From: Candidatus Zixiibacteriota bacterium
GTDB taxonomy: Bacteria > Zixibacteria > MSB-5A5 > UBA10806 > 4484-95
Reading direction: 5' to 3'
NCBI GenBank assembly: GCA_037441845.1
Contig: JBBIRK010000006.1
Coordinates: 96,001 to 160,000, forward strand
Length of the DNA stretch: 64,000 bases
The notes under the pieces are model-generated. The model did not search any database and was not told where the DNA came from. It saw only the letters and a program-made list of their open reading frames with translations. Every line of letters begins with the position of its first letter. Within the stretch, counting starts at the first letter, position 1. Both the position numbers and the translations under genes were made by a program. Positions 40,194-49,368 of this stretch are shown in pieces.

Positions 40194-40222
40194 AATGTAA
40201 AGCATTGTCCGGATTATGTCAA
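40194..40222 (-). promoter_or_regulatory. sigma70-type promoter upstream of the second FG-GAP gene
   Basis: TTGACA-17 bp-TACATT on the minus strand. Confidence 0.5.
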
Positions 40223-40262
40223 TAATTTATTATATTTCGGGCTGAATTCCCCGGGCAGCGGC

Positions 40263-40643
40263 TTATTTATCTCCGCCGTCCGGTTTCGGTGTCGGGCCGT
40301 AGACGATCAAATCGACCCGCTGATCCTCGGTGCCGTGCTGTATCACGACCGCTTCCGAGCGCACGCAATCGGAGGCGACATTCAACCGCAAACGCAGACG
40401 ATAACGACCGGCAGGCAGGCCGGCCGCTCCGGTATCGTAGTAGGCCTTACCGGACCGGCAAATCACCGGCAATAGGGTTATGAATCGCCCGGTCATCGAC
40501 TCGATCACCACCTGATCGCTGATGGCGCCGCCGGCACATTCACATCCTTGATAGCTGATCTCACCGTATAGTCTATGCTCGGCGCCTGCCGCGGAAACTA
40601 GGGTTGTCAGCGCCGCCAAAATCATCAAAGTCTTCCAAAGCAT
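40263..40643 (-). CDS. Small exported 4-Cys beta-rich protein (copy B)
   Basis: AAGGAG RBS, signal peptide …SAAGA|E, YGEISYxxCxC, C-terminal HGTEDQRVDLIVYGPTPKPDG. Confidence 0.8.
   Translation of the reverse strand: MLWKTLMILAALTTLVSAAGAEHRLYGEISYQGCECAGGAISDQVVIESMTGRFITLLPVICRSGKAYYDTGAAGLPAGRYRLRLRLNVASDCVRSEAVVIQHGTEDQRVDLIVYGPTPKPDGGDK
40276..40337. repeat. 62-bp direct repeat, copy 1 (copy 2 at 42469-42530)
   Basis: 59/62 identical; encodes the shared C-terminal tail of the two small exported proteins. Confidence 0.9.
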
Positions 40644-40657
40644 ATTACCGCACTCCT

Positions 40658-42388
40658 TCATTTGAGCAGCGACATCCGGATAGCCCGCTGCTGTCGGTCG
40701 TTTTTCACGACTGCCAGATAGACGCCCGAGGGCATATCATCGGCTTCCCATTTGAGTCTGTGAATCCCCGCCGGTTGTCGTCCTTGGAACAGATCGGCCA
40801 CCTTTCTGCCGAGGATATCGTAGATATCCACGCACACCCGGCTTTCCGCGGGCAGACCGTATTCGATAACCGTGACCGAATTGAACGGATTGGGATAGTT
40901 CGGCTTGAGAATGAAGGCGGAGGGGATAGGCTCTCGGTTATCTGCGATAGAGGTGACGTTGTCGACGAAATTGTAGTTTTTGGTCAAAAGACGATCATGG
41001 GACACCATCGGCCACTGAGTGGTTGGGCCGGTGGAGTCGGGGAAAATGTAAAATTCGACATAGGCGCTGTCGACATTTGCCCAAGGATCTTTGGCTTCAG
41101 TGAATAGGGTCATGTAGAGACGATTTAATTCCGGGTCGAGCGCGAACGCCGGAGGGTGCCAGAAATTGCAACCCCCGATTACCAGCGGATAGCCGGGCAG
41201 AAGATCACCCAGGTGGTCGACTCCGTAAAGGTAACTGTAATAATTCGTGTCCGGCCCTACGATGTCGCAATAGAGTGCATTGAAGTCGGAAAAAATCTCG
41301 CAGTCGTCATCACCATCAACATCGACGACGATGAAGTCCGAAACCGGCAGCCAGACGGCTACGTCGGGAGCATCGTGAAAACGAGGCCAGCCAGGCAAGT
41401 TATCACCCTCGATATCGATAGCGTAAAGACTGTCTGCCGAAAACAACATCTCGAGATCGCCGTCATGGTCGATATCGGCGGCCACCGGCGACTGAAACGG
41501 CATGCCGTGAACATATTTCGGCCAGCCGGGTTTCATAACTCCCGTATGCTCATAGACCGCCGCGAAACCGCGCATGTTGACATAGTTGTTGTCATCGCCG
41601 GTAATTAGGATCTCCGGGTATCCGTCGAAATCGATGTCGGCTATTTCCGGACCATACCAGGGATTGAAGAAGAAGGTGTCGGAATTGATTACCTCTATGG
41701 GGAAACCGGGCTGTGTGGTGCCGTCAAAGCGAAAGCAATATAAGTGTCTTTGTCCTTTCAGAAGATATTCGAGATAGCCGTCCATATCCAGGTCGGCGAT
41801 AGCGCCCCCTCCGCCGATCGAACCGGATACCCACGGTTCAAGCGGAACCGGCCATCCGGGTTGTGTCTGGCCGAAACGATCGACACAGAAGATAAGATCG
41901 GCGTCGATATCGAAGGCGATGATTTCATATTCCCCGTCGTTATCGATATCGGCCACATTGGGTGGAGCGGCCTTAGGGAAAATAAGAGGAAAATCGGGAA
42001 ATATCGAGCCGTCGTGGTCGATAAGATAAAGCTCGGAACGAACATAATGATTCTGCTCATCCCGCCGGAATCCCGAGACGGCGAACTCGTCGAAACCGTC
42101 ATGGTCGATATCTACGACCACGCAAACATCGCCGAACAGCACCCGTGGGAATATCAAGGGGAATCCGGGGAAAAACGAACCATCAAGGTGGAACTTATCG
42201 ATATCCCATGTTATGTTACTCGAATACAGTGCGGATGAATCGTCGTCACATTCCGGCACGGGAACGGGCACCGTCGTTGTCGCCCAAATCTCCGTTCTTG
42301 TCAGGTATGGCCAGCCCGGGACCATTTGCGGGATCTGGCCGAAAGCTTCTCCGATAGCCAAAAGCAATAATACAAGTATCAGATACAT
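40658..42388 (-). CDS. Exported FG-GAP-like repeat ('PGWP/PGFP') protein with T9SS-type C-terminal domain
   Basis: Signal peptide …EAFG|Q, repeated ADIDxDGxxE and PG[WFY]P, NYPNPFN…SGVY…RMSLLK. Confidence 0.88.
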   Translation of the reverse strand: MYLILVLLLLAIGEAFGQIPQMVPGWPYLTRTEIWATTTVPVPVPECDDDSSALYSSNITWDIDKFHLDGSFFPGFPLIFPRVLFGDVCVVVDIDHDGFDEFAVSGFRRDEQNHYVRSELYLIDHDGSIFPDFPLIFPKAAPPNVADIDNDGEYEIIAFDIDADLIFCVDRFGQTQPGWPVPLEPWVSGSIGGGGAIADLDMDGYLEYLLKGQRHLYCFRFDGTTQPGFPIEVINSDTFFFNPWYGPEIADIDFDGYPEILITGDDNNYVNMRGFAAVYEHTGVMKPGWPKYVHGMPFQSPVAADIDHDGDLEMLFSADSLYAIDIEGDNLPGWPRFHDAPDVAVWLPVSDFIVVDVDGDDDCEIFSDFNALYCDIVGPDTNYYSYLYGVDHLGDLLPGYPLVIGGCNFWHPPAFALDPELNRLYMTLFTEAKDPWANVDSAYVEFYIFPDSTGPTTQWPMVSHDRLLTKNYNFVDNVTSIADNREPIPSAFILKPNYPNPFNSVTVIEYGLPAESRVCVDIYDILGRKVADLFQGRQPAGIHRLKWEADDMPSGVYLAVVKNDRQQRAIRMSLLK

Positions 42389-42414
42389 GTTTCACCTCCC
42401 CAAAAGAGGTTTAT

Positions 42415-42437
42415 GGGGTGTCCACAAGGGACACCCC
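42415..42437. other. Intercistronic GC-rich stem-loop
   Basis: GGGGTGTCC-5 nt-GGACACCCC between small gene A and the FG-GAP gene RBS; no U-tract on the coding strand. Confidence 0.6.
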
Positions 42438-42455
42438 TAAAAATTAGGTCGCCGC

Positions 42456-42835
42456 TTATTCTTCGGATCCGTCCGGTTTCGGCGTCGGGCCATAGACGAT
42501 CAGATCGACCCGCTGATCCTCGGTGCCGTGGTAAACTCTAACTATCTGGGAAAGGTCACAATTTGATCCTCGGCCCAGATCGACATAAAGCGTATATAAT
42601 ACTCCGGTGGATAGGTCGATGCGCTATTATAACCGGGCTGTGTCCACCTGCAACTTACGGCCGCCCATCCTTCAAAGCCGCCCACTGCTTTAATTATAAC
42701 CTTATCACCGTAAGCCAATTCTTGGCAATCGCAGTTTAGGTAAGTAATTTCGCCATAAAAGCCGCCATCGGCCACGGCTGCGGAGGCCGCAAAAACAGCC
42801 ATAATAAGCATGGTTAAGAATACTCTACCGAACAT
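42456..42835 (-). pseudogene. Small exported 4-Cys protein (copy A), frameshifted
   Basis: Signal peptide plus YGEITYLNCDC. A frameshift in the TATTATAT stretch near 42600 continues as YTLYVDLGRGSNCDLSQIVRVYHGTEDQRVDLIVYGPTPKPDGSEE*. Confidence 0.8.
42469..42530. repeat. 62-bp direct repeat, copy 2
   Basis: Matches 40276-40337 with 3 mismatches. Confidence 0.9.
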
Positions 42836-43032
42836 GTGCCCATCCTTGTGAATGATTTACGGATATCAATTGCTTAAAAAACTCAACCCGCAACCATTTC
42901 GGTGGACCTCTTGTCCGCAATTCCCCCTAAATGGGGGGGTAATCCACTATGAATCGCAGGAAAATGCGGCATCATTTCCGGCGCTTTGAAAAAGATTGTT
43001 CGGCCTATAGTTCTTGGATCGTCTTCTGATAA

Positions 43033-43061
43033 ATTATAAAATTGCTTGCTTTTGCTGTCAA
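43033..43061 (-). promoter_or_regulatory. Perfect-consensus sigma70 promoter driving the small-protein/FG-GAP cluster
   Basis: TTGACA-gcaaaagcaagcaattt (17 bp)-TATAAT. Confidence 0.8.
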
Positions 43062-43272
43062 GTATTTTTGCAATACGGTCGGCGGATAAAAGGAGGATGA
43101 TACTACATGCTTTTCGGCTTTCGCGTAATGAAATTGAATTTACTCAGCGGATAAGGCCGGTCAGCGCAGCTGCATTAGGAATTGCGCCTCGCTATCTTTC
43201 CTCAGCGGAAGTTCCCCATCGACATGTCGTTTCCGCCTTGCGCCAGTTCCAATGCCGATACCCTTTCATGCC

Positions 43273-43614
43273 TTACTGCGGTTTGTTATAAGTCGCCCGG
43301 CCGTTCAATTCGGTCTGAACCACGAACCAGACTGCGGGGGAGAATACCAGCCAGAGCAGGAAAATTATCCAGCGATTCAAAGATTCGGAGCTGATTTTCT
43401 GAAACAACTCAGCGTGCTTGTACATGGCATAGAAATTGACAAGCGGAATTAACATCAGCACCGTCCAGAGCGCCGGACTGACGGAGGGATCTCCGGCAAG
43501 CCCTTTCATTTCCTTGACCGTTTGGTAAAACCAATAGATCGCGTAGATGCCGATAGTGATTATGAAAAGCCCTACCTGTCCCCACATGTTTCGATATTTC
43601 ACGGTCGTTTCCAT
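43273..43614 (-). CDS. DUF4234-like small membrane protein
   Basis: IITIGIYAIYWFY…VQTELN. Confidence 0.75.
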   Translation of the reverse strand: METTVKYRNMWGQVGLFIITIGIYAIYWFYQTVKEMKGLAGDPSVSPALWTVLMLIPLVNFYAMYKHAELFQKISSESLNRWIIFLLWLVFSPAVWFVVQTELNGRATYNKPQ

Positions 43615-43676
43615 CGCTGCCTCCTCGGCATATGCGTTTTCATCGTCTTCGTTAAGCGAACGGTATCGGTTGTTCA

Positions 43677-43699
43677 GGAGGGCGGAAACTCCGCCCTCC
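43677..43699 (-). terminator. Stem-loop downstream of ppdK
   Basis: 10-bp stem GGAGGGCGGA/TCCGCCCTCC; lacks a clear U-tract. Confidence 0.45.
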
Positions 43700-43709
43700 G
43701 CATCGGTCT

Positions 43710-46523
43710 TTACTTGGACGTGTATTCGCTTTCACCGAGCGCCGCGTGAGCCGCCGCCAGCCTGGCGATCGGCACTCGATAGGGCGAGCAGCTGACGTAA
43801 TCGAGCCCTAAGGAATTACAGAACTCGATCGATTCGGGATCGCCGCCGTGTTCACCGCAGATACCCAACTTTATCTGTTTCTTTACCTGCCTTCCGAGGT
43901 TGACCGCGGTCTCCATCAACTTGCCCACGCCTTTGCGATCGATCGAGACGAACGGATCTTTCGGCAAAATTCCTTTTTCCAGATATATTTTTATGAATTT
44001 GCCGGCGTCATCTCGCGAAAAACCGAATGTCATCTGAGTCAGATCGTTGGTGCCGAACGAAAAGAAATCGGCCTCGCGGGCTATCTCATCGGCGGTGACC
44101 GCTCCCCGCGGAATCTCGATCATGGTTCCGACCAAATAGGGTATTTCGACCCGGTACTGCTTCATCACTTCCTCGGCCACCCTGACGATAATACTTTTCT
44201 GATTATGCAGTTCCTCGACCGTGCCCACCAGCGGCACCATGATTTCGGGGATCGGCGGCCGTTTGCGGGGATTCTTGGCCAGCTCGCAGGCGGCCATGAA
44301 AATCGCCCGCGCCTGCATCTCGGTGATCTCCGGATAGGTGATGCCGAGACGGCAACCGCGATGTCCCATCATCGGGTTGAATTCGGCCAGCTGTTCGATA
44401 CGGCGGAGGATTTTCTCTTTGGCTTTTATTTCGTCCTCCCAGGCGCCCGAGGCTTTCAGCTTTTCGATCTCTTCCATGATCTCTTTTTTGTCCGGCAAAA
44501 ACTCGTGCAAGGGGGGATCGATCGTGCGGATCGTCACCGGTAAACCCTGCATGACATCGAAAATCTCCTTGAAATCGGCTTTCTGGAACGGCAGCAGCTT
44601 ATCGAGCGCCTCCCGTCTTTCGATTTCGTTGTCCGCCAGGATCATTTGCTGGACTATCGGGATACGATTGGCCGAGAAAAACATGTGTTCGGTGCGGCAC
44701 AGGCCGATCCCCTCGGCGCCGAACGAACGCGCGGTTGCGGCGTCTTTGGGGGTGTCGGCGTTGGTGCGGATTTTGAGCCGGCGGACCTCGTCGGCCCAAC
44801 TCATGAATATCGCGAACTCGCCGGAAAGTTCGGGTTCGATCGTGGGCACCTTGCCGAGCATCACCAGTCCTCGGGAACCATCGAGCGTGATTATATCGCC
44901 CTCCGAGATGACCGATTTGCCGGCGATCATCTTGCGATCGACCTCGTAAACTTTGATATCCTCCGCGCCGGCCACGCAGCATTTGCCCATGCCTCTGGCG
45001 ACCACGGCCGCATGCGAGGTCATTCCCCCGCGCGAAGTCAGGATCCCCTCGGCAACGTTCATGCCGGCGATATCATCCGGATTGGTCTCCTGTCTGACCA
45101 GAATCACCTGTTTGCCGGCCTCGGCGTAACGCACCGCATCCTCGGCCGAAAACACGACCATGCCGCTGGCCGCGCCCGGCGATGCCGCCAGGCCCTTGCC
45201 GATTATCACCGGTTGCGCCTGCGGGTCGATCTGCGGGTGCAGAAGCTGATCCAGCGATGCCGGTTCCACTCTCAGCAACGCCTCTTTTTTCGAAATCAGC
45301 TTTTCCCTGACCATATCGACCGCGATTTTGACCGCCGCCGCCGTCGTTCGTTTGCCGGTGCGGGTTTGCAGCATGTATAGTTTGCTTTCCTGAATGGTAA
45401 ATTCGAAATCCTGGACGTCGCGGTAATGTTTCTCCAGCTTGGCGGTGATTTCTTTCAGTTCGCGATAGGCTTTGGGCATTTCCTTGGCCAGTTGCGATAT
45501 ATGTTTCGGCGTGCGGATTCCGGCCACCACGTCTTCACCCTGGGCGTTGGCCAGATATTCGCCATAAAATTCCTTCTTGCCCGTCGATGGGTCGCGGGTG
45601 AAACCGACCCCGGTGGCAGATCTTTCGCCCATGTTGCCGAATACCATGGCTTGGATATTCACCGCCGTGCCGAGATCGGCCGGTATATTGTTCAGTTTGC
45701 GATAGGTGATCGCTCTCGGATTATTCCAGGAACGGAAAACGGCGTCCCGGGCCATTTCGAGCTGGGTTCGCGGATTCTGCGGGAATTCGGCTCCGGTTTT
45801 TTCCTTTATTTTTTCTTTGTATTTTTTAATAATGTATTTAAGGTCATCGACCATCAATTCGGTATCGAGTTTAGCCCCGGATTTTTTCTTGCGGGCTTCG
45901 ATAATTTCCTCGAATTCGTGCTTGTCGATACCCAACACAACGTTGCCGAACATTTGAATGAACCGCCGGTAGCTGTCGTAAGCGAATCGTTCGTTATCGG
46001 TCTTCTTGATCAATCCCTCGAGTGTTTGGTCGGTAAGGCCGAGATTCAGCACTGTATCCATCATCCCCGGCATCGAAAACTTTGCTCCGGATCGCACCGA
46101 CAACAACAGCGGATTATTGACGTCTCCGAACTTCATGCCGGTGTGCTTTTCTATATGCTCGATTCCTTTCTGGATCTGAGGAATTATCTCTTTGGGGAGC
46201 TTCATGTTGTTTTTATAGTAAAGCTTGCAGACCTCGGTCGTTATAGTGAAACCAGGAGGAACCGGGATGCCGATATTGGTCATTTCCGCCAGACCGGCTC
46301 CCTTTCCGCCGAGCAGGTCTTTCATCTTGCCGTTGCCGTCGGCTTTTTTGCCGCCGAATAGATACACGTATTTTCCGGAGGACACCCGGATCGAACCAGT
46401 CTCGGCCAATTTGGCTGCCGTCTTTTGTTTTTTATTGCCTTTTGATGACTTAGAGGCTGCCATAACGGCGCTTTTCCTCTTCTTTTGCTTGCCTTCTTTG
46501 CCTCTTGTTTTCCCTTTTGCCAT
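43710..46523 (-). CDS. ppdK: Pyruvate, phosphate dikinase with Lys-rich N-terminal extension
   Basis: LLGGKGAGLAEM, SMPGMMDT, GGMTSHAAVVARG, GIGLCRTEHMF, GICGEHGG. Confidence 0.98.
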   Translation of the reverse strand: MAKGKTRGKEGKQKKRKSAVMAASKSSKGNKKQKTAAKLAETGSIRVSSGKYVYLFGGKKADGNGKMKDLLGGKGAGLAEMTNIGIPVPPGFTITTEVCKLYYKNNMKLPKEIIPQIQKGIEHIEKHTGMKFGDVNNPLLLSVRSGAKFSMPGMMDTVLNLGLTDQTLEGLIKKTDNERFAYDSYRRFIQMFGNVVLGIDKHEFEEIIEARKKKSGAKLDTELMVDDLKYIIKKYKEKIKEKTGAEFPQNPRTQLEMARDAVFRSWNNPRAITYRKLNNIPADLGTAVNIQAMVFGNMGERSATGVGFTRDPSTGKKEFYGEYLANAQGEDVVAGIRTPKHISQLAKEMPKAYRELKEITAKLEKHYRDVQDFEFTIQESKLYMLQTRTGKRTTAAAVKIAVDMVREKLISKKEALLRVEPASLDQLLHPQIDPQAQPVIIGKGLAASPGAASGMVVFSAEDAVRYAEAGKQVILVRQETNPDDIAGMNVAEGILTSRGGMTSHAAVVARGMGKCCVAGAEDIKVYEVDRKMIAGKSVISEGDIITLDGSRGLVMLGKVPTIEPELSGEFAIFMSWADEVRRLKIRTNADTPKDAATARSFGAEGIGLCRTEHMFFSANRIPIVQQMILADNEIERREALDKLLPFQKADFKEIFDVMQGLPVTIRTIDPPLHEFLPDKKEIMEEIEKLKASGAWEDEIKAKEKILRRIEQLAEFNPMMGHRGCRLGITYPEITEMQARAIFMAACELAKNPRKRPPIPEIMVPLVGTVEELHNQKSIIVRVAEEVMKQYRVEIPYLVGTMIEIPRGAVTADEIAREADFFSFGTNDLTQMTFGFSRDDAGKFIKIYLEKGILPKDPFVSIDRKGVGKLMETAVNLGRQVKKQIKLGICGEHGGDPESIEFCNSLGLDYVSCSPYRVPIARLAAAHAALGESEYTSK

Positions 46524-46569
46524 CGAATTCTCCTTATATTAAATTGTTGCATTCTTGCTCGAACGCGCT

Positions 46570-46598
46570 ATTATATAAATCATATCGGCACTTGGCAA
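46570..46598 (-). promoter_or_regulatory. sigma70 promoter of ppdK
   Basis: TTGCCA-17 bp-TATAAT. Confidence 0.7.
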
Positions 46599-46722
46599 GT
46601 GGATTAAATCCGCCAATTGTTCAGCAAACCTAACAAGTTCGAGGTTGGGCGGTTCGATTATAATCGATAGGGAACGCCCGACGGATCCCCGGATCGGTTT
46701 TTCGAGAAGGCCCCGAGTCATG

Positions 46723-47238
46723 TTATCTTAACAGCTTAATTATCGTCTCGCCAACCGTTTCACGATTATTTCGGCCGATTCGAACCAGCCGGACGCCCGG
46801 CAACCTTTTTAACCGATCGCAGAACGTATCGGGTCCGAGCATTATCGAGGCCAGAACATCGTTGCCGCCGGTAAGCGCCTTTTCCACGAGTTGTCGGAAA
46901 GCATTCGACAACAGCTCCATTCTGCCTATTTCGTCGATAACGATCAAATCGTCCTTATCCAAACCTCTTGTAAGTTCGGTTACGGCCAATTTTTCGAATT
47001 CCTCGACATTAACCCCATATTTGCCGACGCGCGCAGAGGTCTTGATGCCGACATGAGCCAAAATTCCCGATCGCCGCGGCTCTGTCAGCGTTTCGATCGC
47101 GAATCCGAGCCGGCTGTCCGAATCCCTGATTTCACTCGTGCAAAAACCGCAGCAGGGCCGGTTCAATCCGGCAATCGTCCGCTTGATGACCGTCGTCTTG
47201 CCGCAACCCGGCCGCCCGGTCAGTAGAATTTTGGTCAT
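46723..47238 (-). CDS. NTPase (THEP1/NTPase_1 family)
   Basis: LTGRPGCGKTT, RVGKYGV, VIDEIGRMEL. Confidence 0.9.
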   Translation of the reverse strand: MTKILLTGRPGCGKTTVIKRTIAGLNRPCCGFCTSEIRDSDSRLGFAIETLTEPRRSGILAHVGIKTSARVGKYGVNVEEFEKLAVTELTRGLDKDDLIVIDEIGRMELLSNAFRQLVEKALTGGNDVLASIMLGPDTFCDRLKRLPGVRLVRIGRNNRETVGETIIKLLR

Positions 47239-47277
47239 CTCACTTCCTTGTCAAGAACGAATGAATCTCGGTCGGTC

Positions 47278-47640
47278 TCAATTTCTGCTCGATTGAAACT
47301 CGTCTTCGAGATCCTCCAGAAATTCGATCGCCCTTCTCATATGAGGGATCACTATCGACCCACCGACTATCAGGGCCACACCGAATACCTCGACCAGCTC
47401 GTTTTTGGAAACGCCCAGCTCTTTGCATTTGGTGATATGGTATCTTATGCAATCATCGCATCGCATCACCATCGAACACGCCAACCCGAGCATTTCCTTG
47501 GTTCTGGTCGGCAACGCCCCTTCTTGATAGGTGAGCGTATCGAGCGCGAAAAATCGCTTGATCACGTTGCTTTCGGTTTCGAGAATTTTGCGGTTCATTC
47601 GATCCCGATAAGCCGCATATTCGCGATAGATTTTTCCCAT
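47278..47640 (-). CDS. Carboxymuconolactone decarboxylase/AhpD-like protein
   Basis: GALPTRTKEMLGL…RCDDCIRYH; AGGAG RBS before ATG 47640. Confidence 0.88.
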   Translation of the reverse strand: MGKIYREYAAYRDRMNRKILETESNVIKRFFALDTLTYQEGALPTRTKEMLGLACSMVMRCDDCIRYHITKCKELGVSKNELVEVFGVALIVGGSIVIPHMRRAIEFLEDLEDEFQSSRN

Positions 47641-47864
47641 GTTTATTCTCCTTGATCGATAATAGGTTGGTTTTCCGTTCGTTTTCCGAGGAAAATAAAC
47701 TCCATATAAGACGGATGGCGTATCCGATCCCCAGCTCTTTATTCTTTCGGTCTTATGTATGTTTGTTTCATTTCCGCCGAAAATTATATTTCGTCTCTTT
47801 TGGCTTTTCAATCTAAATGAACCGAGGACGACAGCCGATGATTGAGGTTGTCAGGAAAAATAGA

Positions 47865-47893
47865 TTGTCAGGCAATCCCCGCGGAGTTATAAT
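47865..47893 (+). promoter_or_regulatory. sigma70 promoter of tRNA-Ser
   Basis: TTGTCA-17 bp-TATAAT ending 10 nt before the tRNA. Confidence 0.75.
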
Positions 47894-47903
47894 TAGCGGG
47901 TCT

Positions 47904-47991
47904 GGAGAGGTGGCCGAGTGGCCGAAGGCAGCTGCCTGCTAAGCAGTTGGTCCTCACAAGGGGCCCCCGGGTTCGAATCCCGGCCTCTCCG
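47904..47991 (+). tRNA. tRNA-Ser(GCT), CCA not encoded
   Basis: GGAGAGG/CCTCTCC acceptor stem, TGGCCGAGTGG D arm, anticodon loop CT-GCT-AA, long variable arm, GGTTCGAATCC. Confidence 0.96.
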
Positions 47992-48265
47992 CATGTCCTT
48001 ATTACCAGCTACAATGTTTTATCTCAGTAATGAATCGCTTGGAATCAGTTTAGCCTAAACCCGCTCGCTCCGATATCCAACGGAAATCGATATGCCGGGC
48101 TGCGCGAGTTTCACCTGATGATCGGTCAAGATGACCACGGCCGCCGATTTAGACGCGATGCCGATCGAGGATAGCCGAATCGCCCCGACGGCCATCAGGT
48201 GACGGCGGCTTTCGGGCCATTGCGAGTTCGGTTTGCGATTTTAGGGACATGCCGACAAGCGACGA

Positions 48266-49228
48266 TCAAACATGGTTACGGAGCATCAGCTCTTTCGGAT
48301 GCGGGTTCAGATAATACTGGTTATCGATATATTCAATTTGATACTTGCGCACGAAATGCCGCAGCAACGTGATTGGAACGATTAACGGCACCAGTGAAGT
48401 CCGGTAATCTTCGATAGCCGCGATTAGATCATTTTTCTCAAGAGGAGTGAGCCGATCTTTGAGAAATCCGGCGATGTGTTGCAACACGTTCGTATTTTTC
48501 CTGACGGTGGCCTTGAACTTCAAAGCCTGCATAAACAGATGCCGGTAATTATTTTTGAATTCTTCCGGTCGGATCTGTTTCACCTGCGCTGTCAATTGAC
48601 CCAATTTGCGATGATGCTCCGGGCTGTGGGCCAGCAGCAAAAACTTGTGTTTTGCATGGAAAGCGATGATTGCGGCTCGGGAGTACGGCTCGGAGAACAT
48701 GTCCTGAAGACGATTATAAGCGAAAACGCGTTCGATAAAATTTTCGCGGATCGCGCTATCGGCAAGGCGGCCTTCCTCCTCGATCGGCAGGTCCGGAAAC
48801 CTGGCCGATAAAGAGGCGGCGAACAACCCGGTTCCTGTCTTTGCGATTCTATTCGGCTCGACATAAACATTGACACGTTCCATGCCGCACGACGGCGATT
48901 TGCTTTTTAGAATATAGCCGGAGAGCGAAATCAAATCTTTTTGTTCAACCCGCCATTCGGCGAACCTAAGCATTCGATTCGACCAATCCTTGCCCGAACG
49001 AACGCCGATCATTCTCGGGTTAGCCGGATTTCCTACCAGGCGAACCGCCTCCCGCGGCACGCCCATTCCTACTTCAATTTCCGGGCACACCGGCACGAAC
49101 TCGAAAAACCTACCGAGAACGTCGGTGATATATCGATCTTGCTTATGGCCGGCGTCATATCTCACTTTTTCGCCCAGCAGGCAGGAGGAGATACCGATAA
49201 GAATCGAGGTTTTGTTTTTTTCTTTCAT
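48266..49228 (-). CDS. DUF523 + DUF1722 protein (YbgA-like; 2-thiouracil desulfurase-family N-domain)
   Basis: ISSCLLG…VRYD, PVCPE, KSPSCG, EEEGRL, QYYLNPHP. Confidence 0.92.
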   Translation of the reverse strand: MKEKNKTSILIGISSCLLGEKVRYDAGHKQDRYITDVLGRFFEFVPVCPEIEVGMGVPREAVRLVGNPANPRMIGVRSGKDWSNRMLRFAEWRVEQKDLISLSGYILKSKSPSCGMERVNVYVEPNRIAKTGTGLFAASLSARFPDLPIEEEGRLADSAIRENFIERVFAYNRLQDMFSEPYSRAAIIAFHAKHKFLLLAHSPEHHRKLGQLTAQVKQIRPEEFKNNYRHLFMQALKFKATVRKNTNVLQHIAGFLKDRLTPLEKNDLIAAIEDYRTSLVPLIVPITLLRHFVRKYQIEYIDNQYYLNPHPKELMLRNHV

Positions 49229-49368
49229 TATTGTGCCATTTTTCGGTTATATATAGTCATGTTTAACCATAGTTGCCCATGATTTTGTTTTATTATCGAT
49301 CAGCCTGGAATTGGTTTATATTAACCTAAGTTCGACTTGATTCGGCTTTTCTCGTTTCCACCCCGATT

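Noticed and set aside
40276..42530. 62-bp repeat pair as a diversity-generating retroelement TR/VR
   Set aside because: Mismatches are not adenine-specific, all are synonymous, and there is no reverse transcriptase in the window.
43848..46361. Long plus-strand ORFs (231-311 aa) opposite ppdK, and similar ones at 54179-56413 and 36078-36821
   Set aside because: Antisense shadows of strongly codon-biased genes, with no motifs.
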